Origin: Tubulanus polymorphus
Lineage: Eukaryota; Animalia; Nemertea
Length of the DNA: 64,000 nt
Direction: 5' to 3'
Assembly (NCBI RefSeq): GCF_964204645.1
Contig: NC_134030.1
Span: 21,784,210-21,848,209 of the forward strand
Part shown: piece by piece, positions 1 to 11,100 of the stretch
Layout: each line of letters opens with the position of its first letter
Position numbering within the stretch: the first letter of the stretch is position 1
Notes under the pieces: model-generated
Database searches by the model: none
What the model was told of the DNA's origin: nothing
Seen by the model: the letters and a program-made list of their open reading frames with translations, nothing else
Program-made: the position numbers and the translations under genes

Positions 1-659
1 GTAACAATTAATTGTAATTACATTAGTTGATTATAAAATATATTTTCTGCTTTATCTTTCATAAAAATCTGATTATATATTTCTCGTTTTTCCGCGTCGT
101 ATCGAGAAAACTTCTCTTTGTTTTGCTGAAATCTGTGAAGGTTCACATTTGATTGTTTGACTTTTATTAGTCAAAATACTGAAATGTGCTAAAATATACA
201 GTGCAACTGAAGTAGATGAAATTCAGTGTAACTGAATGATTGCAGTATTGTACCGTAGTTGTAACTATATCGAGCAGAAATAAATTGTAAACGAATTTGC
301 ATTTCAATAAATTATCAGCGGTTGTTCTTGGGGAATATTAGGCCTACATTGTAGTCAAACTTACGCTGTATAACTGTATTTTGATACAATGTAACTGGTT
401 TACTATTTTACTATACATAAAATATGTTTTAAGTTAAAAACTGTAAATATGCATCACTGATTGATTTACTGATTTGATAAGTTACTGCATTACTGATTGG
501 TTTGATTGATCATTGAAAACTGTGATAAGTTTTATTCCATTTGAAAAAGTTTTAAAAAACTTCGTGCTGTATTTTTGCTAGAAATTGCTAACGATGTAAC
601 GTGCTAATTCTATTCGCTTAAATAAATGAATTTATCTATGTAAATAAAGTCATTTATTT

Positions 660-832
660 CTTTTCTATCAACTGCAGCCGGAGTAGAAGCGACCCCGGGT
701 CGGGTGAGGTTGACACTTGGTCATCTCAAGTCTTACCAATAGCTTCCCGTTAACCCCAACTATAGCCGAATAGGACGCGAACCTAAAATCTTCGGTGTGC
801 CAGCCGGGCACGCTAACCACTAGGCCATAGAC
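660..832 (-). mobile_element. tRNA-derived SINE-like element
   Basis: Minus strand has Pol III A box TGGCCTAGTGG and B box GGTTCGCGTCC at tRNA-like spacing, then a ~110-bp body and an A-rich end. Recurs at ~1150-1322 and ~37810-37980. Confidence 0.65.
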
Positions 833-1149
833 AAATAGTTCTTCAACGGGTTTGTAAATGCGTCTGATCAGTGTGGTGAACATTTATCTGTGGTGACTAT
901 CAGTCGGGTGTGTGGTGACTGATGACCATTCAGGTGCGGTGACTGGTGAGTCAGATGTGGAGACTCTATTCACTAACAGTGCCCGCTCTATCATTGTGTG
1001 TTACATCCTCGCTCCTTTATGAAACCATTGATGCGGTTTATAAGATCAGCTACACGCGGACTCCTGGTAAAACTTTGTGCTGTGTTTTTTGCTTTATTCG
1101 CTTAAATAAAAGAATTTATCTTTATAAATAAAGTCATTGTTTTCTTTTC

Positions 1150-1322
1150 TATCAACTCAACTGCAGCCGGAGTAGAACCGACCCCGGGTCGGATGAGGTT
1201 GACACTTGGTCATGTCCAATCTTACCAATAGCTTCCCGTTAACCCTAACTCTAGCCGAATTGGACGCGAACCTAAAATCTTCAGCGTGCCAGCCGAGCAC
1301 ACTAACCACTAGACCATACACC
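1150..1322 (-). mobile_element. tRNA-derived SINE-like element (second copy, in a local tandem duplication)
   Basis: A box TGGTCTAGTGG, B box GGTTCGCGTCC; closely similar to 660-832. Confidence 0.65.
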
Positions 1323-2069
1323 AGTAGTTTGTAAGTGCGTGTCTGGTCAGGTGTGGTGAACATTTATCTGTGGTGACTATCAGTCGGGTGTGTGGTGACT
1401 GGTGACCATTCAGGTGCGGTGACTGTCGAGTCAGATGTGGAGACACTATTCACTAACAGTGCCCGCTCTATCATTCTGTGTTACAGTTACAGCAGTTTCA
1501 ATGCAATTGTCAGAAAGTTCTAAGGAAGTCGTTTTGTCCTGCAGCTCCTAGAAGTTGCCTCTTTTTCCATAGATGAAGTAGTTAAAATTACACCTTGTAT
1601 CCATCTCTGACACTTCTGCCTTCGCGACGTCGTGAATGTATTTTACAATCTCTCGGAATTGATATCTTTTATTGTATTTCACTAAGAATTTCTAATTGAT
1701 ATCTAAAAGTTTGATAATTTTTGATTTTTCAGTTTCTAAAAATGTATACCTTATTTTGAGTGGAATGGATTGATTTTAGAGACCCGCAGTTTATGGAGCG
1801 TAGATGGATTATAAAAGTAATAGTTCATTGACTCCAATAGGTGTAAAATGCGATACATTGTTAAACCATTCTTGTCGTACGTGGCGTTGACCTCTTTTAC
1901 CCGACTGGTATTTCTTCACACCTAAAGGTGCTCGCACATGTCACCCGTTATATCAAACGAGCACCGATACCTCTTGTGAAAAAATCATGAAATTCAACGA
2001 AAAGCTTAAGATGTAACTGATTAAAGGTGAGTTTGTTGACGTATTTAACTCCACTCCAGTCGGATCTGT

Positions 2070-2210
2070 TCAACTCGGAGATAACCGTTCAACTCAGAGA
2101 TAACCGTTCAACTCGGAGATAACCGATCAACTCGGAGATAACCGTTCAACTCAGAGATAACCGATCAACTCGGAGGTAAGCGATCAAGTCGGAGATAACC
2201 GCAACTCGGA
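2070..2210. repeat. 19-bp minisatellite (caactcggagataaccgtt) x~7
   Basis: Direct tandem units; also at 38730-38871. Confidence 0.9.
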
Positions 2211-2721
2211 TGTTGAAATATGTTTTTACGGCAGTATTTAAGAAATACATATCATCCAACTCGGATATCCCTCATCAAGTCGGACACATTTTTTTGCGGT
2301 TCCAAAAGATCCGACTTGAGCGGAGTCTACTGTATTCAAGAATAAGAGTCAAACTTATACAGGCCTATATGCCACAATTTCATCTTTCAATTTTCTGACC
2401 TAAATTCTAAAATTCTAGTGAAACTTTCGACGATTTTGAAATATTTTCTGAAAGCGGTGAAAACTATGCATTTTGTACAAAAATAAATTTACAAAGCAGT
2501 CACTATTTGTGCCCCTGGACTTTGGACCCCGGGGCTGATATGTAGGTCATACGATTATTGAAGGACGACCAGTGATTTTAACACCTTTCGCTTCCTGCTC
2601 AACGCTCGAATATACTGAATGTATCACCGGCGCTGATCATCAAAATCTTATCTTTAACTTCCTCAATTATCAGACGAAGTGGAACTCGATTATTATCCTT
2701 TATTCTGTACTCTGTATCACA

Positions 2722-5700
2722 ATGATGAACACACGTTCGTTCTTGATAATATACGCGATTTTATTACAACTTGGGAACTTAAACAGCGCAGAAACATCTG
2801 GAAATAAGACGCATAATTCAAGTAAGTCACTCGAACCAATGATAGCTTTTTCTGTTGTGTCGATTTCATAGATTTCTGTCGATGAGAATTCAACAATTCA
2901 AGGTGTTTGAGACTCCCCGTACATAGGTCTAGCTATACTAACGGGATCTATAAAGGGCCTGTCATGTGAATAAATTACCTAGAAGATGTTGCAGGCCCGT
3001 ATGCTGCCTTTCTTTGTTGTGGGCAGTTCTCGATTACTGTATAGGAGGGGGAGCGTTTTGTGGGGATTCCCCAAGAAAACTTTGATCATTTAAAGCCATC
3101 AGTTTGAATTCATTACTGGCTAATTTATGTATAGCTGTAAACAAACGACTGTGTAGGACGATACGTGATGGGAAATGTAGTCTAAAAATTCGGAACTAGA
3201 GATTTTGCTGGGGGGAGGGGGTCACGTGGTGGAAAAAGGACCTCAATAGATTATTCGAAGTTTGTGCGTTTTACTGTTTCATAGACTATTCATATTTATT
3301 CATTCGTTTTCAGTGATTTATCCGAAGCCTGTTCCCGATGGAAAACCCGACATCAAAACACAAGGACAATCGATTGAATATATTTGTAGAACTAGTGTTA
3401 AATATCCTACAGTTATATTCCAAAAGAAGAGAAGAGATTCAGAACAATGGGAAACAATTCCAGACGAACTGATTCGTATAACTAGAAATGTGAAACATAT
3501 TACTTCTGCTTCACTAGAATTCAAAGCAGATTTCAAACTGCACAATGGAACAACATTTAGATGTCTCGTTCTTAAGGAAGGCCAAACAGATTTTGATTAT
3601 CTTCAGTTTGATCTAATCGTAGTTCATCGAACTGGTAAGTAACAGTTTTAAAATGTGAACCTTCCCAGTCTGGAATCCTGCTACTAAATAAACATCGAAT
3701 CTATCAAAACAAATTAATATTGAAACACAGCATCTCTGTTACTTTTAAATTACTTCGCAGTCGATTGCATGAATTTATAGTTTAGCAGCTACGTATCAAA
3801 AGTGCGTTTATTGTAGCGTATGACATGTACATTTTAATGCATTCTAGAATTTATAGAAATAATTCTCAATAAGACGGCCATACGACTCAGCGTGAAATTC
3901 ATATTTCTGTTTAACGGATATATAGCCGACAGTTTAATTTGTTGTAGCTTCCTCTTTCATATACCCGTCATTTGTTCATCCATTTCTATCTCCGCACAAA
4001 CATATCTTCTTGTGTCAACTATACTAATTTCAAGGTCGCTTGATGAGTTGTTGATTTTAAATTTTGTATATTTGATATCTAAAAACCTGAATTTCTTCAT
4101 TTAAAAAGTAAATATTTGTCGCCCTCGTCACTTTTGGAATTGGGAATAAGGTTTTTTATTTATGTCTTTTTATTTCAAAAGGGATGTAAAAATAATAAGT
4201 ATCGGCCGTTCTTGTCACTTTCCCAAAAAGGGGTCGATGAGAAACAACCATATTTATTGCGTGGTCTTAATGCACGCGTCAGTAAACTAACCAAACTAAA
4301 CCCAACCACAAACAGTCTAAGTTACTTTCTACATTTGATTGTTTTTCTCATTTCAGATTTGAATCAAATCCCGGCGACTGAAATCAGTAAATCAGGGTCA
4401 GTATCTATTTCACTTAGCGCACTACAAATAAATCATATTCTATATGTGAATCATTTCTTTGTTGTCGATGCTTTTTGTGAAATAATTTTGAATTGATATC
4501 TCACTCGTCTCATTGGCTTCCGATTAACAGTTCACCTATCATTATTCATCTCAATTTTCACATTTTGCCACAAAAGGTAACAGTACGGGCAATTGCAAAA
4601 TATGTGACCTCGATATCGCTACCACGAGCCCTGCCTTTTCACTTCTGAGCCCAGTTGCACAGTCGTGACTTAAGTCCAAAAGTAGTCTTAAATCTTAAGA
4701 CTAGTCTTAATTTCTTAGATTAGCTATAGAACTAAGTTGGTCTTAGACTGGTCTTAAGTCTAAGCTTTGACTATGCAACCGGCCTCTGTTCTGCTGATTT
4801 ATCTTAATTGTAAATTTCGTCCTTTTCATTCAGAGTTCGTCTGCTTACTGCTGAAAATGTGGCCTCGAAAAATAAGGTCATTATAAATTTAAGTAATAAT
4901 CAAACTAACTTGTCAAATATAGTCCCCGGATCCCAGACACAGAGTCGAATTAAACCCACTGAACTGTGAACCTTGATTTAGGATATAAAAGCGAATTGAA
5001 TTTTATAATATAAACTGAATGATTAATTGATTGATATTTGCAGCTTGTGTTGAGGTTTGATTCTATTCTGTTCGTTTCTAGTTTATACCCGCGAATTGTC
5101 ATCCGGTATATTCTACATCCTTCGAGTTTTCCTTATTTTTCTTTCTCTGACCAAATCGGTTTACAGACTAAACTGGACCACAAACCTGACTGGACCATGA
5201 TGATAATTTACATCGCTTGTGGAGCTATCGGTTTCCTCCTCGTCATCGTTATCATCGTTGTCATCGTCATTTGCAGGTTTGTACTCAATAATCTCGGGCA
5301 GATTTCATATCTAAGATAATCCCCCTATGACGTCATATCAAAACGTGAAATAATTTGATAAATCAGTGACGTTTCCAAAAAAGATGTCTTCATTCGTAAA
5401 TTTGTATCTACCTATGCGCCGATTACTGGCTGAGTCAATCTCAAATCAGCAGGAATAATTCAATATAATGACCGAAATATCCGAAATCTAAAATCTCTTC
5501 AACGCTTAAATTACCCATGTTTCAGACGCAGGCGATTGCCAGGTGAAGGTCGTGTGGAGGTTGCGACACCGCAGGTACTCGACGTCTATGACGAGTTGTA
5601 TGATGACATAGATTCTGTTACTGTGACTGACAAACTGCACACCAGCGATCAGAAAGTTACTACAGATCCGTACGTGAATATTGAGGCCGGGAACGGCAAA

Positions 5701-6036
5701 GACACAACTCCGTACATGGATATGGCAGCCGCGAAGGGTAAAGACACAGCTTCATATATAGATATGGAAGCCGGGAAGGGCAAAGACACAACTCCTTATA
5801 TGGATATGGGACCCGGGATAGAAGAGGATACGTACAGGAGTACGGAAACCGGGAAGGACAAACACACAACTCCTTACACGAATACCGGAGCCGAGAAGGA
5901 CAAAGATAGACATAGTTACGTGAATACCGAAGCCGGAAAGGCGCGCCATTTGAAGAAAGATACTGATGAACCCGTGAAAGATGATGTTGAACTTTATTCT
6001 TACGCTACTGTTCAATATACTCGCAATAGGCGTTAG
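2722..6036 (+). CDS. Gene A copy 1: single-Ig type-I receptor with Tyr-repeat tail, ~374 aa. Exons 2722-2821, 3314-3634, 4357-4396, 4834-4876, 5167-5276, 5526-6036
   Basis: Signal peptide MMNTRSFLIIYAILLQLG; Ig-like exon with YIC...W...FRC; TM IIYIACGAIGFLLVIVIIVVIVIC followed by RRRR; GT-AG junctions give one open frame. The two small middle exons are the least certain: they are needed to reconcile phase, and one carries a synonymous aat/aac change between copies. Confidence 0.85.
4647..4786. mobile_element. MITE-like palindromic element
   Basis: Imperfect terminal inverted repeats gagcccagttgcacagtc ... gactatgcaaccggcctc with internal cttaag palindromes; also at ~41273-41412. Confidence 0.6.
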
Positions 6037-7825
6037 AGGGCGCCGCTGAGCAAACAACGACTGATTATACATATGTAAAACATAAGGCTAGAAACAATTG
6101 AAACATTATTTTTCATAATCTGCTGAGCTTGAAAGTAGAATCAGCTGCATGCATACATTATTCATTTCTAAAAATAACAGACCCGGCAGTTTTAGAAATG
6201 AACTGACTACATATTTTATTCTAGTTCACAAAAATGACCCGGTCGACTAGGAGAAACAATTGGGTATGATTCACTAGCCTAAGTTTTAAGTTTTTGATAT
6301 GTACCAGTAGTGTATTTGATGATCAAACTAAGGAACATCAATTCACTTCGACAATCATTCACTTTTAGCAAATGAAGATTAGGTGAAATAACGATGTCAA
6401 ATGATTCAGTTTACCGGGCAGTATTCAAACTGTGAAAGTATAAATTCATGATATTCAGCTACCGATGGCCTTTAAATCGTAGACTGTTATGAGGACTTAA
6501 ATTTTTTAAATGGCAAATTGACATGTCAATCATCTTCAGGGGCGGATCCAAGTAAGGCCGAAGCCTCCCCTTATCTCTTTTGCCAAGAAAATATTCTCAC
6601 AACCCGGATTAGGAATGTAACAAATATAATAGAAAGTCTTTGTCATTCATTTTGTTCTTGATTTACTCTAGATGCCCCCAGAAAATGATCCATTCCTTGA
6701 TTCCCTTAAAAAGATATATAAAATATAGTACAATATTCGCAGTCAATCAGTTGGTTTGTCTCATTCTTTTCTTGATGATTTATTTTCTTTTTTCCTCTTA
6801 ACTACTTCGGTCAAACAAGAAACATTACACGATGGTAAAAGCTTTCCTAAAATAGATGTGCTTTAAGATTTCATTCAGAAGTATCGACAGGATGAGGATT
6901 CCGGAATACTGGACGGTCAAACATTCCACATTGCTGGGACAGTGAACTTCAAAGCTCTATTGCCAAATGACCTTCTTGGAGACAGGTTTGACTAGAGGTG
7001 TTATCATTTATATCGACTCGTATTCTATTCATCCATTATTAGATCAAGCACATTCTAATGATCTTAAAATTTTTATCAATATGTTCATTTCAGTTACTTT
7101 CACTTTGTCTCACTTTAAACCCATGTTTTAGTCTCTGGTTTGCTGTTACACATTTTTTCAGTTAATCAGACGGTTCACAGATCATTTTGTGCCTCGATAA
7201 GTACAAACCAATCACTTTGTGCCTCGATATTTACCAACCATTGATATGTAGATGAACCGACCGATGTGTTTTACCAGGTGTTATCATTATATTGACTCAT
7301 ATTCTATTCATGCACAGCGTTTATCGTTGACTCAATACATTTTGTATAGTTCCATTATTCACCCTCTAAGGATTATATTTTATAGGATACTTCCATTTTT
7401 CAAGATATTTTCTTCGGGCTGATAGAACATCTTACGTGAAGTTAACAATTGATCGTTCAGATTTTTTTGACTTTTCAAATGCATATCAGAATCGAGGATT
7501 AGTTGCTTTGTTTATGGATATTTAGAGTAGTTTCACTTTGTTTTTTTTTCATTAAGGTAAAAATCATTTCCTCATTAAACTCTTTTCACATCTGGGTTTC
7601 GTTTCATGAAAAGTTTTAAGCTTTAGACAGTTAAATATGAATTGTTGTCCTCATTACAAACTTGAAGTAACCAATCATAGCAGCTGACCTTGAGAGATTC
7701 AAGTTATTTTCACTCTGCTTTGTAATATTGGACCCCGAGCGAGACTCCTGGTTTTGATGTACACAGTCTTGTATGCAGTGACTATCCATCACTTGGACGT
7801 TACCAAAAATACAAATGAAATTGAA

Positions 7826-8016
7826 ATGCTGGTCGAATTAATACTAGGAATAGTTCGTTAACTCATTCGTCGCCTAGGAATCTAATTGACGTTTCGTCTT
7901 CGTAGTTCTCAACTTCCGCGACGATTCTAAAATGAGAACTACTAAACCGAAACGAAATTTCGATTCCTAGGTAGTTAAAGAAATACGATCTTATTCCTAG
8001 AATTAATTCGGCCATC
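7826..8016. mobile_element. MITE-like inverted-repeat element upstream of gene B
   Basis: tgctggtcgaattaatactaggaata ... tattcctagaattaattcggccatca are imperfect inverted repeats; also at ~44434-44624. Confidence 0.55.
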
Positions 8017-8105
8017 ATATCACAAACTCCCAATCAGTCTAGTTTTCTGTATGTGATAATGATCTGAAGTTTGTGTCTTTATACTTAGGCAATGAATGAA
8101 CCAAG

Positions 8106-11100
8106 ATGAAGAATCTATGGAGGAATCCGCAGAAGTGTTTAGTGATCTACGTGATTATACTGTTGAATCTCATGGCGAACAACAACAGCCCACAAGCGTT
8201 TAGAGTCAAGAGAAATACAGGTAAGACAACGTGAAAGAACATATCATAGAGTTTATATGGAGAATGTATTACATAAGATGAAACTTATCACCAGACTTTG
8301 GAAACTTGTATTTGAAATATCTGGGACAAAATGATAGTAGCTGAATAGTCCACTTGAACTGATACATTTACCTCGAATGAAAACCCACAATCTCTCAAGT
8401 GTTTTACATTTTACCATTAAACATTTTAACTATTCAATAATTGTATTTTATCTTCTAAAACTCCATCTACACTTGATTCTTATACCCGGGTTATGCGTCT
8501 CCACTACGATGCTGGTTTTCCGCAAAACCTGGGTTTTAGAAACCGTATTGAAAAAGAAGGGTCCACTCCTTATTCAACCACGTTCGCGTAAAACTTTTAG
8601 AATTTTTACTAGAAGTGTAGAAAGTAGACCCGCGCAACGATTGAACTTAAAATTGAACTACAGATTGGTAGAAATCCCACAATAAAATCAGCGAAAGAAA
8701 TTGAAATCAGAATTCAGAATTCATTGTAAACGAGAATATATTTCGAGCAACGTTTCGGCTAAACACAACTATGAGCCAATCATCAGGCGTACCGATACAC
8801 GAGATATATTTAACAAGATATTTATACAGAAAATGAACTGAAGAATGAGTGATCGAAGTTAAATACAGAGTAAAGTTATTCAAAACATAGACAAGGAAAC
8901 AATAGTAGAAAGAGTTAAGCAACAGCAAACAGCAAACTAGGGGTAAAACGAGGAGGTAAATAAAACACAAAACCCGAAACTAAAACGAGGAGGTAAACCA
9001 CAGGGTAATCTAACAATCACAGAATACATCACAGGCTGTGTCTCAAAATCATAGATAATGCGTGTGAATATTAGATCTTAAAAACATCAAATCAGATTAT
9101 TGTTTATTTCTTGTCGAACCTCTTCAAACGGTGACAACTATCGGAAGACAATTTGCTTAAACAAGTCTGGGGCTCTAGTTCCTCTGAAGTCGGTTTAAGG
9201 TGAATGAAATTGAGATGTTAATTGGTCAATTCTGAACAATGGCTCTGACAGAAAGATTGCCATTTATTTCAGCACCTGATGGAGTTGTACTGGACAGTGT
9301 GAATGTATTACCGGGTACAAGAATATTACGTATATTGTGTATTTGATATTTCAGCACCTGATCTAGTTGTACTGGACAGCGTGAATGTATTACCGGGTAC
9401 AAGAATATTACGTATATTGTGTATTTGATATTTCAGCACCTGATGGAGTTGTACTGGACAGTGTGAATGTATTACCGGGTACAAGAATATTACGTATATT
9501 GTGTATTTGATATTTCAGCACCTGATCTAGTTGTACTGGACAGCGTGAATGTATTACCGGGTACAAGAATATTACGTATATTGTGTATTTGATATTTCAG
9601 CACCTGATGGAGTTGTACTGGACAGCGTGAATGTATTACCGGGTACAAGAATATTACGCATATGGTGTATTTGATATTTCAGCACCTGATGGAGTTGTAC
9701 TGGACAGTGTGAATGTATTACCGGGTACAAGAATATTACGTATATTGTGTATTTGATATTTCAGCACCTGATGGAGTTGTACTGGACAGTGTGAATGTAT
9801 TACCGGGTACAAGAATATTACGTATATTGTGTATTTGATATTTCAGCACCTGATGGAGTTGTACTGGACAGTGTGAATGTATTACCGGGTACAAATATGT
9901 TACTGTCGCAGGAAGGTAAAACTGTTAGTATTACCTGTAAACAGAGCAGCTCTGCAGCGACTGGTGTAGCATTCCAGCTACAAGTGAATAATGGACCAGA
10001 AGGGACCTGGATTGCATTACCTTCAGAATCAGCACCAGTTTGGGTTTTTCAGCCCGATGCTCGTAAAATGTATAAATGTGTGGCCATTAATTCAGCCGGA
10101 ATTAAAGAAAGTCAAATCTACCAATCAGATGTAATCAGTGAGTATGCATCACTTATCAAATAATGCTGGGAAAATAGAAAAAAAGTTTCCTGTGCACATG
10201 TTATATTTTTTCGTGCATATAACTTTTATTTCAGGTATAAAGATAAATGAAAACCCGTGTAAACTGCATGAATTCAAACCATCACTAACTTGTACTTGTA
10301 AAGCCACTAGTAAGATTGGTAATCCAATCATCAAAGTAAAATGGTATGCTGATGGATTTACTGAAGGTTCAACGGATATTGATCAGATTCCCGATCAAGG
10401 CGTAAATACTCCGGTGAAAGATGGAGTTATCAACAGGAATCAGATGCGGTTTAATTTAATGCTGTACGCAATATTGATTCAATGTCGGTTATGGAAGTAT
10501 AATGGGATAGAGTTACCGAAACAAAAACTTCAAGAACAAATACTACATCAAACTCCAATGAACGTTACGTGTAAGTTGGAGAATATTTTCATGAGAGATT
10601 TTTCATTCGATATCAGAGTGACAATAATACATGTTACATCGTTTATTCTATTGGTAACTGCCCATAGTTGGAGATTTAAGAGTTACTATTTCATAACGAC
10701 TGGTGATAATGCCTATGAAATTCTTTCGTTTTAATATTTGGTCCCAAGAAGGTATTTCGAATACTGAAGCGAATTGTTAATAATAACATTAAAAGGACTA
10801 GAATATGATTGTGCATGAATTTGCTTTTGAAATCGAACCTACTAGAAAACGATTTCACCTTCAATGATTAGGCTTAAGATTTTGAGCCCACATGGAAAAA
10901 TTGCAGCGAAATTGGTTAAAATGTTGACGTAAAAAGTTCGTTTCTGTAACAATTGTCGTCTTCGGGTATTCTTATGGCTATATCAGGGATTTTTAGTTTG
11001 TAATATGGGACAAAGCTTCTTGAACCGGGACAATAGGATCACGCACAACTCACCAGAACAAAGGATTCTTTTCATGAGTGCGATAGATACGCCACCTATC

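Larger units (their letters stand above)
560..1485. repeat. ~490-bp local tandem duplication (2 copies here, 1 copy in unit 2 at ~37650-38140)
   Basis: 608-1005 is repeated at ~1092-1485. Confidence 0.85.

Noticed and set aside
668-1363. Two similar minus-strand ORFs (71 and 68 aa)
   Set aside because: They translate the duplicated SINE block; no splice or domain evidence.
5580-6020. Canonical ITAM/ITIM call for the gene A tail
   Set aside because: YDELYDDI lacks the 6-8 aa ITAM spacer, and YSYATV lacks the -2 I/V/L/S residue of an ITIM.
9262-9893. CRISPR-like appearance of the 82-, 78-, 27- and 19-bp arrays
   Set aside because: No unique spacers, no cas genes, and a eukaryotic intron context.
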